A stretch of 64,000 bases of DNA, taken from assembly GCA_041674925.1 (NCBI GenBank), contig JBAYUW010000002.1, positions 13,622 through 77,621 of the forward strand. The letters are read 5' to 3'. The first letter of the stretch is position 1, and each line of letters begins with the position of its first letter. A model generated the notes under the pieces. That model was not told the DNA's origin and made no database searches. It worked only from the letters and a program-made list of their open reading frames with translations. This document shows, in pieces, positions 46,008 through 54,084 of this stretch. This DNA comes from Minisyncoccota bacterium (GTDB lineage Bacteria; Patescibacteriota; Minisyncoccia; Phycocordibacterales; GWA1-40-21). The position numbers and the translations under genes were made by a program.

Positions 46008-46541
46008 TTATTCAGCGTTAGTATAAACTTCCTGCACCTCATCATTGTCCTCCAGGTTTTCGATTAAAGCTTCAAGTTTGGTTCCATCTTCTTCAGAAAT
46101 CGGCGTCATCATCTTTGGCACAAAACCCTCCTCCACACTTTTTTCAAAAGCCCAAGAAGCACTACCGGGTGCGGCCAAAGCCGAACCATTTTCAGTTAGA
46201 ATATGTTTCACCTCGGCCGCCGCTTTGTTTCGATTGTCGGTCAAAACCTCAATCATCACCGCCACACCACCTGGGCCATAAGCTTCGTATAAGATAGATT
46301 CCATCGCCGCAGTATTTTTGTCGGCACCTTTTTTCAATGCTCTTTCAATATTATCATTCGGTACATTGTATTCACGTGCCTTTTTGACCGCGGCCTGTAC
46401 TCCTGGCGAGTTTACGTTTCCACCCGCTTTTTTCACTTCAATTGCAATAACCTTGGCCATCTTGGTATAAATTTTACCCTTTTTGGCATCCGTCACCGCT
46501 TTCTTATTCTTCACCTTTGACCATTTATTATGTCCGCTCAT
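46008..46541 (-). CDS. yebC: YebC/PmpR-family protein, shortened (about 177 aa)
   Basis: From the ATG at 46541: MSGHNKWSKVKNKK..., YEAYGPGGVAVMIEVLTDNRNKAAAEV, DNDEVQEVYTN. About 60 aa of the usual middle region appear absent. The upstream part of the track ORF is implausible. Confidence 0.8.
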   Translation of the reverse strand: MSGHNKWSKVKNKKAVTDAKKGKIYTKMAKVIAIEVKKAGGNVNSPGVQAAVKKAREYNVPNDNIERALKKGADKNTAAMESILYEAYGPGGVAVMIEVLTDNRNKAAAEVKHILTENGSALAAPGSASWAFEKSVEEGFVPKMMTPISEEDGTKLEALIENLEDNDEVQEVYTNAE

Positions 46542-46582
46542 ATTGGGTTTAATATAGCCTAAAATAAAGGGAAAAAATAGGC

Positions 46583-46611
46583 TTGACAAAAAAGGTGGTT
46601 GGGTGTATAAT
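46583..46611 (+). promoter_or_regulatory. Canonical promoter TTGACA-N17-TATAAT of cassette A
   Basis: -35 at 46583-46588 and -10 at 46606-46611. 32-nt module 46581-46612 is 29/32 identical to 50696-50727. Confidence 0.65.
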
Positions 46612-46645
46612 TCATGGGAAACTGTACACACAAAGGAGGTTTAAG

Positions 46646-46825
46646 ATGAGTGGGAAGACGTACGCGGTTATTGTTCTGTTTGTCTTGGTTGGGGCGATCG
46701 TCGCTTTTACCCCAAGTCTACGTACAGCGAACGAGGCAGAGCGCCTTATGCTCAAGTTCGGAAGACAGATACCGAGCGCCCCGATGGGGCCAACCATCGC
46801 CTGGCATCTGCGCCGTGGAGACTGA
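46646..46825 (+). CDS. 59-aa small membrane/secreted protein (cassette A)
   Basis: AAGGAGG 6 nt upstream of the ATG. MSGKTYAVIVLFVLVGAIVAFTPSLRTANEAERLMLKFGRQIPSAPMGPTIAWHLRRGD. 102/180 = 57 percent G+C by hand count. Confidence 0.55.
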   Translation: MSGKTYAVIVLFVLVGAIVAFTPSLRTANEAERLMLKFGRQIPSAPMGPTIAWHLRRGD

Positions 46826-46836
46826 GCAATCATCAT

Positions 46837-46878
46837 CCGCCCAGAAGACCGCCCGGAGGTCAACTGGGCGGTTTTTTT
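46837..46878 (+). terminator. Rho-independent terminator of cassette A
   Basis: CCGCCCAG...CTGGGCGG followed by TTTTTTT. An alternative 5' arm ACCGCCC lies at 46848-46854. Confidence 0.7.
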
Positions 46879-46949
46879 ATGGGGGGATGGGGACCTCGGC
46901 TCGGTTATACACAGCTAATTATGGGGTTAAAAAACAATAAAGTGCTAGA

Positions 46950-47600
46950 ATGCCAGACGTGCAAAATAAAAAGAGAAAAGCAATTTATGTTTTTATTGAC
47001 GCTTCCAATCTGTTTTATGAAGGAGAAAAAAGTTTAGGTTGGAAGATTGATTATAAAAAACTGTATGTTTATCTCCACAAAAAATATCAGGCCAGTAAGA
47101 TTTTTTATTTTGGCGGGGTGGAGATTCATAATTATCAGTATGATTATTTAGCCAATGATACAGTACCTATTTTTAAATTAAAACTTTATCTAGAAGGTCT
47201 TTTAAAAAATAAGACTAAAAGCTTAAGTCGAGACAATCTTGATTTAATTAATAAACACTTACAACGAATTAGTTTTTATGCAAAGCTCTCCACTTTTGGT
47301 TATGAACTTTTTCTAAAACCAGTAAAACTTTACAATCTTGGGGACGGGTTAATGAAGCGTAAGGCTAATTGTGATGTTGATATGAGTTTTCAAATAATGA
47401 AAGTAGTCGATAATTTTGATATGGTCATTTTTCTTTCGGGTGATGGAGATTTTTTACCAATATTGAAGTATCTAAGAAAAATCGGGAAAGAGGTAATCGT
47501 TTTAAGTCGTGGCCCCAGAACAGCCAAGGAAATAAAGCAACTAGCCGGAGGAAATTTTAGGGATTTTGAATATATCCGTAAATATATTGAGTATAAATAA
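46950..47600 (+). CDS. NYN/LabA-like domain protein (second paralog)
   Basis: 216 aa. IYVFIDASNLFY ... IFLSGDGDFLPILKYLRK. Confidence 0.8.
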   Translation: MPDVQNKKRKAIYVFIDASNLFYEGEKSLGWKIDYKKLYVYLHKKYQASKIFYFGGVEIHNYQYDYLANDTVPIFKLKLYLEGLLKNKTKSLSRDNLDLINKHLQRISFYAKLSTFGYELFLKPVKLYNLGDGLMKRKANCDVDMSFQIMKVVDNFDMVIFLSGDGDFLPILKYLRKIGKEVIVLSRGPRTAKEIKQLAGGNFRDFEYIRKYIEYK

Positions 47601-47601
47601 C

Positions 47602-47628
47602 GAACGGCACCCGCGAAGGATGCCGTTC
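47602..47628. terminator. 8-bp hairpin between convergent NYN and ruvB genes
   Basis: GAACGGCA-cccgcgaagga-TGCCGTTC. No clear U tract on either strand. Confidence 0.35.
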
Positions 47629-47672
47629 ATGTTTAGTGCCTAGATTATAGCATGGGTGTTTTTGAATGCAAG

Positions 47673-48713
47673 TTAAAGTAATTTATTCCTACTCTTCAAA
47701 TTCAAATGCTTCTTCGCCCTTTCGGTGACCACTCGTCCACGCGAAGTCCTTTCAATGAAACCAAGTTGTAGGAGGTATGGCTCGTAAACATCTTCGATGG
47801 TGGCTTGTTCTTCCGACAGGGCGGCGGCCAGGGTATTGAGTCCGACTGGTCCACCATTAAACTTTTCTTCAATTACTGTCAGTAAAGCACGGTCGGTTGG
47901 GTTTAAACCAACTTCGTCAATGCCAAGTAAATCAATTGCTTCCATCACAATTTCTTTTGACAAATCACTTTCACGAATTTGCGCCAAGTCGCGGCTTCTT
48001 TTTAAGAGATAATTGGCAGTGCGGGGGGTAAAGCGACTTCTTTTGGCAATTTCCTTTTTTGCTTCGTCAGCGATTTCTATTCCCAAGATTTTTGCCGAGC
48101 GTTTGATTATCTCTTCTATTTCTTTGTCCGAGTAAAATTCCAGTTTAAAAACTCCACCAGAGAATCTGGAGCGTAGGGGAGCGGACAGCATCGCAATGCG
48201 GGTTGTGGCGGCAATTAAAGTGAATTTAGGTAGGTCAAGCTGAATGGTGCGGGCCGACGGACCTTTACCAATAATAATATCCAGTGACCCACTTTCCATT
48301 GCGGGGTACAAAACCTCTTCAATCGTTTTATTTAGACGGTGAATTTCATCAATAAATAAAATATCGCCGGGAGAAAGATTGGTTAAGATGGACGCGAGGT
48401 CGCCAACTTTTTCAATTGCTGGGCCAGAGGTGGATTTCAGTTGAGCGCGCGTTTCGTGAGCAATTAAATGAGCGAGAGTAGTCTTACCAAGCCCTGGAGG
48501 ACCGTAAAAAAGTAAATGTTCGGGCGGATGCTGTCTTTGAGCGGCGGCCGTCAGTAAAATATGCAAATTGTCTTTAATGTTTTTCTGACCGATATAGTCG
48601 GCCCAAACGGTAGGGCGTAGGGTTTGATCTAAAAAATTAACGTCGCCCTTTTCGGGGCTAGTTTGCTGGTTTTTTAGGGAATTAGCTTGGGAATCTTGTT
48701 TTTTGCTTGACAT
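47673..48713 (-). CDS. ruvB: Holliday junction branch-migration helicase RuvB
   Basis: 346 aa. [20 protein letters not shown], winged-helix C-terminus. Confidence 0.95.
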   Translation of the reverse strand: MSSKKQDSQANSLKNQQTSPEKGDVNFLDQTLRPTVWADYIGQKNIKDNLHILLTAAAQRQHPPEHLLFYGPPGLGKTTLAHLIAHETRAQLKSTSGPAIEKVGDLASILTNLSPGDILFIDEIHRLNKTIEEVLYPAMESGSLDIIIGKGPSARTIQLDLPKFTLIAATTRIAMLSAPLRSRFSGGVFKLEFYSDKEIEEIIKRSAKILGIEIADEAKKEIAKRSRFTPRTANYLLKRSRDLAQIRESDLSKEIVMEAIDLLGIDEVGLNPTDRALLTVIEEKFNGGPVGLNTLAAALSEEQATIEDVYEPYLLQLGFIERTSRGRVVTERAKKHLNLKSRNKLL

Positions 48714-48779
48714 ATTTTTTGTTTTATGCTAAGCTTACTAGTAGAAGCCTTTCACAATTTCTGGGGCTTTTTTTGTAAG

Positions 48780-48951
48780 TCCAGAATATAAATCTCTAAG
48801 CAATTGGATCGTTTGCGCGGTTTACGAATTTTTCCTAGAGGACGGCCTGGTTCACACCTTCGGGTGATTTGCGAGACCTATCCTTGAAGAACTATTTAAC
48901 TTTTGGTATCTAATATTAAAAGTATTGCTTAGAGATTTATCTTCTGGATCC
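48780..48951 (-). ncRNA. Candidate structured RNA (independent sRNA or ruvB 5' leader) closed by a 25-bp stem
   Basis: TCCAGAAtATAAATCTCTAAGCAAT (48780-48804) is the reverse complement of ATTGCTTAGAGATTTATcTTCTGGA (48924-48948) with one mismatch. The 119-nt GC-richer core has a CACC-TTCG-GGTG hairpin. A promoter lies immediately upstream on the minus strand. Confidence 0.4.
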
Positions 48952-48957
48952 TTTTTA

Positions 48958-48986
48958 ATCCTATCCCTCCACCGTTTCAATGTCAA
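48958..48986 (-). promoter_or_regulatory. Promoter TTGACA-N17-TAGGAT firing into the 25-bp-stem element
   Basis: -35 at 48981-48986 and -10 at 48958-48963 (minus-strand reading), inside the last codons of the pilB-like gene. The stem arm begins 9 nt after the -10. Confidence 0.5.
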
Positions 48987-50649
48987 TGACGCGACCAAGT
49001 TCAGGAAGAGAACTGACACCTGTCAAGACGCGGATAACACCATCTTGTTTCATATCTAATAAATTTTGTGAGGCGGCGGCCAGACGAATATCTCGATCGG
49101 AAGGATTATTTATTATTGCTTCCTCAATTTCTTTTTTCATTAAAATAACTTCCGTGATAGCAATTCGTCCGCGATAGCCAGTTTTGTGACACTTTTCACA
49201 ACCAACCGCCTCCCACACTTTTTCGGTCTGAAGGCCGGCCAAATAAGTCTTATCAGTAATTGATTCTAATGTTCTGTCTAAGAAGATACGCTCTTTAACG
49301 GTGGGAACTTTTTCGGTCTTACAATCAGGACATAATTTTCGAATCAATCTTTGGGCCATCGCCACATTAATCGCTGAGGAAATAATTTTTGGATTAACTC
49401 CAAGGTCAATCAGGCGGGGGAAGGCACCAGCTGCTGTGTTGGTGTGCAATGTAGAAAAGACCAAGTGTCCAGTTAAGGCAGAATTAATAGCGATATTCGC
49501 AGTTTCGCCGTCTCGGATCTCACCAACCATGATTACATCTGGATCTTGACGCAAGGCGGAACGCAAACCAGACAAGAAAGTATATTCTTTTTCTTCTTCC
49601 ACTTGCGTCTGTACAATTCCTGGTAGATGATACTCAATCGGATCTTCAATCGTAATAATTTTAATATCAGGGGAGTGAATCTTTTTCATGAAAGCATAAA
49701 GGGTGGTTGTTTTTCCTGAACCAGTCGGACCGGTAATTAAAAGCATACCGTTTGGTCTTTTGATCTGTTCCATCAGTGTCTCTAAAGTCCTTTTTTCAAT
49801 ACCCAAATCTTCAATCGGCACAGAAATAGATTTTGGGTTCAGTAACCTCATCACAATTGATTCATTGTATGCGCCTGGGAGAATAGAAGAACGAATTTCA
49901 ATATCATTATTTAATATTTTCACGCTAAAACGCCCGTCTTGTGAGGTGTTCTTGATATTTAATTTCATTCCCGACAGTAACTTTATTCGAGATAAAAGTA
50001 ATTCATAAGTTTCTGTGTCGAAAGTGCTGACATTGATCAACACACCATCCAAACGAAATCGAATATTCACGTCGTTCTCTTCTGGCTCGATATGAATGTC
50101 TGACGCCGATAAAGCCAAGGCCCCGGCGATCATCGCCTCCATCATTCTAGAGATTTTATAAGCTTTCTTTAGTGTGAGTATTTCTTTAATAATAACAGTG
50201 ATATCATCGATTTTTTTAATTTTATTAACAAATTCAGCAACTTGTTCAGAGGAAATATCGAAAGTTCCAGCCGTTGAGGTGGTGGCATAAGAAAGATCTT
50301 TATAGCGATCCCAAGCTTTTTCCAAACTCATGGTGGTCGCCATATTTATCTGAATTTTATAACCCTCAGCCTCCAAATTTTTCAAAATAATAACTGCTTT
50401 TTCGTTTTTAGGAGAGAAAAGAGCGACTTGAATTTTTTTGCCGACACGGGCAAAAGCGGCGATCTTGGCTTCGCGGGCCAAATCTTCAGGAATCAATCTC
50501 AAAGCTTCGGTATTGATAGGAATCGGTTTTAAATCAATGAAATTTAAACCATATTTGGTGGATAAGACCCGAATCAGTTCCTCCTCTTCTTTTTTGTAGA
50601 GGTCTTCAAGCCGTCTCTCTTGTTTTTCTTCATTGTCAAAAGTCGTCAT
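48961..50649 (-). CDS. pilB: GspE/PilB-family secretion/type IV pilus assembly ATPase
   Basis: 562 aa. Walker A GPTGSGKTTT, Asp box, Walker B VIMVGEIRD, His box TGHLVFSTLHTN, tetracysteine CPDC...CEKC. Confidence 0.9.
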   Translation of the reverse strand: MTTFDNEEKQERRLEDLYKKEEEELIRVLSTKYGLNFIDLKPIPINTEALRLIPEDLAREAKIAAFARVGKKIQVALFSPKNEKAVIILKNLEAEGYKIQINMATTMSLEKAWDRYKDLSYATTSTAGTFDISSEQVAEFVNKIKKIDDITVIIKEILTLKKAYKISRMMEAMIAGALALSASDIHIEPEENDVNIRFRLDGVLINVSTFDTETYELLLSRIKLLSGMKLNIKNTSQDGRFSVKILNNDIEIRSSILPGAYNESIVMRLLNPKSISVPIEDLGIEKRTLETLMEQIKRPNGMLLITGPTGSGKTTTLYAFMKKIHSPDIKIITIEDPIEYHLPGIVQTQVEEEKEYTFLSGLRSALRQDPDVIMVGEIRDGETANIAINSALTGHLVFSTLHTNTAAGAFPRLIDLGVNPKIISSAINVAMAQRLIRKLCPDCKTEKVPTVKERIFLDRTLESITDKTYLAGLQTEKVWEAVGCEKCHKTGYRGRIAITEVILMKKEIEEAIINNPSDRDIRLAAASQNLLDMKQDGVIRVLTGVSSLPELGRVIDIETVEG

Positions 50650-50697
50650 ATGAAAACATTATAACATAAACCATAAAAACTGAGTGGAATTTTATGC

Positions 50698-50726
50698 TTG
50701 ACAAGAAAGATGTTTGGGTGTATAAT
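50698..50726 (+). promoter_or_regulatory. Canonical promoter TTGACA-N17-TATAAT of cassette B
   Basis: -35 at 50698-50703 and -10 at 50721-50726. The ATG lies 7 nt after the -10 (leaderless). Confidence 0.65.
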
Positions 50727-50733
50727 TGTGGTT

Positions 50734-50880
50734 ATGAAGATCTTTCTGCTGGTGCTCGTTTTGGTTCTAAACATCGGCTGTGTAACGACAGGAAAAAAGG
50801 AAGAAAAAAGCGGTGAGCTGAACCTTGGAACCTTTCGGATCTGGGGTGAGGCGGAGATTGGATTGGAAACGTCCAATTGA
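50734..50880 (+). CDS. 48-aa small lipoprotein-like peptide (cassette B)
   Basis: MKIFLLVLVLVLNIGCVTTGKKEEKSGELNLGTFRIWGEAEIGLETSN. Hydrophobic signal ending in the lipobox-like LNIGC. About 46 percent G+C by hand count. Confidence 0.5.
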   Translation: MKIFLLVLVLVLNIGCVTTGKKEEKSGELNLGTFRIWGEAEIGLETSN

Positions 50881-50889
50881 GAAGGTGGT

Positions 50890-50932
50890 GGCGCGCGACG
50901 TGGACAGGTGTTCACAAAGCGCGCCTTTTTTT
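50890..50932 (+). terminator. Rho-independent terminator of cassette B
   Basis: GGCGCGC...GCGCGCC with an inner GTGGAC/GTTCAC extension, then TTTTTTT. Confidence 0.7.
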
Positions 50933-50953
50933 ATTTATGCTAATATATAAAGT

Positions 50954-51391
50954 ATGAAATTTTTAAGTAAGAATGTAGAGGAAACCAATAAGATTGCGCA
51001 AGATTTCTTGCAGAATTTAAAAGCTAATAAAAACAAGGCTACCTTAGTTGGTTTGTTTGGTGATCTGGGCTCTGGTAAAACTACTTTCACCCAAGCCGTC
51101 GGTCGGGAATTAGGAATCACTGATTTTATCACCAGTCCAACTTTTGTGATCGAGAAAATTTATCAACTCGACGGGAAATTTAATTTTAAAAATCTAATCC
51201 ATATCGATGCTTATCGTCTCGACTCCGGAAGAGAATTACAGGTTTTGGGATTTGAAGAAATTTTGAAAGATTCTCAGAATTTGATTTTATTAGAGTGGCC
51301 AGAGCGAGTAATCGATATCCTCCCAACCGACCTAGTTAAACTTAATTTTAAATTTATTTCAGAAAACGAACGGGAGATAGAAGTGTTATAA
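50954..51391 (+). CDS. tsaE: tRNA t6A biosynthesis ATPase TsaE
   Basis: 145 aa. GDLGSGKTTFTQ, HIDAYRL, EW. TGcTAATAT-N7-ATG. Confidence 0.85.
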   Translation: MKFLSKNVEETNKIAQDFLQNLKANKNKATLVGLFGDLGSGKTTFTQAVGRELGITDFITSPTFVIEKIYQLDGKFNFKNLIHIDAYRLDSGRELQVLGFEEILKDSQNLILLEWPERVIDILPTDLVKLNFKFISENEREIEVL

Positions 51392-51398
51392 TATCAGT

Positions 51399-53744
51399 AT
51401 GCCTGTCAAAGCCAGCAACAAAATAGTTTTACTCGATGTGCACGCGATTATTCATCGGGCCTATCATGCTCTGCCAGACTTTGCGACGAGTAAGGGCGAG
51501 CCAACCGGGGCTTTGTATGGACTTTCGACCATGCTTTTGAAAATCATTGATGACTTAAAACCGGGCTATATTTTTGCTTGTTACGATTTACCAAAACCCA
51601 CCTATCGCCACGAAGCTTATAAAGATTATAAAGCTGGGCGATCTAAAACCGACGATGAATTAGTCGCACAATTAAAAAAATCCCGCGAAATTTTTGAGGC
51701 TTTAAATATTCCAATTTACGCCAAAGAGGGTTTTGAGGCGGATGATATGATTGGCACTTTAACAGACCTATTAATTAAAGATAAGAACAATGAGGTAGTG
51801 ATTGCCTCTGGCGATATGGATACTCTGCAGTTGGTCGTCGGTGATCAAGTCAGAGTTTATACTTTAAAGAAGGGTATTAAAGACACTATTATCTATAACG
51901 AAAAAGCTGTTCTTGAGCGATTTGGCTTTGGCCCTAAACTTCTGCCAGATTACAAAGGTCTTCGTGGCGACCCATCCGATAACATTATCGGCATCAAAGG
52001 TATTGGCGAAAAAACGGCCGGAATCTTGATTCAAAATTTTGGCTCGATCGAAGAGATTTACAAAAAACTAAAAACAAAAAGTGCGCCGGAAGTCTTTAAG
52101 AAAACTGGAATCACCGAAAGAATCTTCAATCTCTTAAAAGAAGGAGAAGAAGAGGCTTTATTTTCTAAAATGCTCGGCACGATTCGTCGTGATGCGCCGA
52201 TTGATTTTGTTTTACCAAAGAAAAATTGGAAAGAAGAATTAGATTTTGAAAAGATTTCTCAGGTGTGGATGAATTTGGAGTTTAGAACGTTGAGTGCGAG
52301 GCTTAAAGAGATAATAAATGAAAAAGAGGTAGAAATAAAGGAGGAAATTGTAGACCCAATTTTATTAAAAGAATCGGCGGTGGCTTTGTGGCTTATTAAT
52401 TCTACTTTAACTAATCCAGAGATCGGAGATATTTTGGGTTTTGTTGGTAAAAAAACCTTGAAGGAGGCGCATGAATCTTTATTGTTGGAGATAAAAGAAA
52501 AAAAATTAGATAGAGTTTTTGATTTAATTGAAAAACCACTCATTCCAATCGTCGAGAAAATGGAAAAAAGAGGAATCGTGGTGGATAAAGAGTTACTAAA
52601 TAGACTTTCTGTTATTCACCACAAAGAATTGGCTAGTTTAGAGAAACAGATTTGGACTTTGGCGGGTGAAGAATTTAATATTAATTCACCAAAACAAATG
52701 GGGGAGATTTTGTTTGTTAAAATGGGTTTGAAAGTTAAAAATCAGAAAAAAACCGCGGGAGGAAAAGTCTCAACCAAAGAAAGCGAACTGGAGAAAATGA
52801 AAGATTTAAGTCCAATTATTCCGCTAATTTTGGAGTATCGAGAATTGCAGAAAATGCTCTCAACTTATATTGATAATATTCCAAACATGGTCACAGAAGA
52901 CGGTCGCTTGCATGCGAAATTCTTGCAAGCGGGAACGACTACCGGACGTATGTCTTCCGCTGATCCCAACCTTCAAAATATTCCAAACAGAACAGATTTG
53001 GGACGGGAAATTAGGCAAGCTTTTCAAGCTAGCCCTGGGTATAAATTAGTCGCTTTTGATTATTCACAGATCGAACTGAGGATCGCGGCTTTTTTATCGG
53101 GCGATAAAAAATTGATAGAGATTTTTAGAAACGGCGAAGACGTACACACCGCTGTGGCCTCGGAAGTCTTTGGTGTGCCGTTTGAAAAAGTTGATAAAGA
53201 GATGAGGAGAAGAGCCAAGATTATAAATTTCGGCATTATGTATGGTATGGGTGTCTCAGCCTTAAAACAAAATCTGGGCACCGATCGAGCGGAAGCACAA
53301 AAATTTTATGATGATTACTTTGAAAAATTCAACGGTCTAGCGAAATATCTAGATTCCGTGAAGGCAGACGCCTTGCGTACTGGTTATACCGAAACCTTCT
53401 TTGGCAGACGAAGATATTTTGAAGGTCTCAAATCTAAACTACCATTTATGCGGGCGATGGCTGAGAGAATGGCAATCAATGCGCCGGTGCAAGGAACTGG
53501 TGCAGATTTAGTGAAATTATCAATGGTCAAGGTGGATGAATTATTGGGCACAACCGACATTCATTTACTTTTGCAGGTTCATGACGAATTGGTTTATGAA
53601 ATAAAAGAAAACTTAGTCAAAGATTTAATTCCAAAAATTAAAAAAATAATGGAGAGTGTTATTGATCCAAAAGAAACCAGTGGTGTCATTTGTGTCGCCG
53701 AAGCAGCAGTTGGCGACAATTGGGGGGAGATGAAGAGGGTATAA
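51399..53744 (+). CDS. polA: DNA polymerase I (5' nuclease + polymerase; 3'-5' exonuclease region reduced)
   Basis: 781 aa. 5' nuclease LLDVHAIIHRAYHA, GIKGIGEKTA. Pol motifs DYSQIELR, RRRAKIINFGIMYG, QVHDEL. TGtTATAAT-N6-ATG. Confidence 0.95.
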   Translation: MPVKASNKIVLLDVHAIIHRAYHALPDFATSKGEPTGALYGLSTMLLKIIDDLKPGYIFACYDLPKPTYRHEAYKDYKAGRSKTDDELVAQLKKSREIFEALNIPIYAKEGFEADDMIGTLTDLLIKDKNNEVVIASGDMDTLQLVVGDQVRVYTLKKGIKDTIIYNEKAVLERFGFGPKLLPDYKGLRGDPSDNIIGIKGIGEKTAGILIQNFGSIEEIYKKLKTKSAPEVFKKTGITERIFNLLKEGEEEALFSKMLGTIRRDAPIDFVLPKKNWKEELDFEKISQVWMNLEFRTLSARLKEIINEKEVEIKEEIVDPILLKESAVALWLINSTLTNPEIGDILGFVGKKTLKEAHESLLLEIKEKKLDRVFDLIEKPLIPIVEKMEKRGIVVDKELLNRLSVIHHKELASLEKQIWTLAGEEFNINSPKQMGEILFVKMGLKVKNQKKTAGGKVSTKESELEKMKDLSPIIPLILEYRELQKMLSTYIDNIPNMVTEDGRLHAKFLQAGTTTGRMSSADPNLQNIPNRTDLGREIRQAFQASPGYKLVAFDYSQIELRIAAFLSGDKKLIEIFRNGEDVHTAVASEVFGVPFEKVDKEMRRRAKIINFGIMYGMGVSALKQNLGTDRAEAQKFYDDYFEKFNGLAKYLDSVKADALRTGYTETFFGRRRYFEGLKSKLPFMRAMAERMAINAPVQGTGADLVKLSMVKVDELLGTTDIHLLLQVHDELVYEIKENLVKDLIPKIKKIMESVIDPKETSGVICVAEAAVGDNWGEMKRV

Positions 53745-53771
53745 AAAACCCCACGCGCTGATGCACGTGGG
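53743..53771 (-). terminator. Rho-independent terminator of cassette C (minus orientation)
   Basis: Minus strand reads CCCCACG-tgcatcagcg-CGTGGGG-TTTTTT. On the plus strand the A-run precedes the stem. Confidence 0.7.
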
Positions 53772-53786
53772 GGGGGCTGGCTAGAA

Positions 53787-53915
53787 CTATTTATACCAGC
53801 CCTTCTCACCCGTCCGAGACAGTTGCAACTCCCACCTTCTGGCTCTGTGGGCCAGGGCGTCCTCACGCCTCTTGAACCACCTTTTCAGCCTAGACATCAA
53901 AGTTGTCGTAGCCAT
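53787..53915 (-). CDS. 42-aa basic Arg/Trp-rich peptide (cassette C, second gene)
   Basis: AAGGAGG 4 nt upstream. MATTTLMSRLKRWFKRREDALAHRARRWELQLSRTGEKGWYK. 70/129 = 54 percent G+C by hand count. Confidence 0.45.
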   Translation of the reverse strand: MATTTLMSRLKRWFKRREDALAHRARRWELQLSRTGEKGWYK

Positions 53916-53930
53916 AGAACCTCCTTGTTT

Positions 53931-54041
53931 TCACCAACTCTCGGGAATCCATTCGGTTATGTATTTCAACATCCCAATTACGAGTGCTACGATCACGAGC
54001 ACCACAACCAGAATGGTAACAATCACTGCGAATGTTTGCAT
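53931..54041 (-). CDS. 36-aa hydrophobic single-TM peptide (cassette C, first gene)
   Basis: GGAGAG upstream. MQTFAVIVTILVVVLVIVALVIGMLKYITEWIPESW. Resembles type I toxin-like/small membrane peptides in composition only. Confidence 0.45.
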   Translation of the reverse strand: MQTFAVIVTILVVVLVIVALVIGMLKYITEWIPESW

Positions 54042-54084
54042 GAGACTCTCCATGCCCTTGTTGACCAATACCTATCCAGATAGT

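Noticed and set aside
46583-46940. Alternative ORFs around cassette A (80 aa + from 46583, 83 aa -, 96 aa +)
   Set aside because: The 80-aa version starts at the TTG that is the -35 hexamer. The 96-aa frame runs straight through the terminator hairpin. The minus-strand frame lacks any start signal. Only the SD-preceded ATG at 46646 is coherent.
50646-50915. 89-aa minus-strand ORF across cassette B
   Set aside because: It is a Pro/Ser-rich antisense frame that spans the promoter and terminator of the plus-strand unit, and it has no start context.
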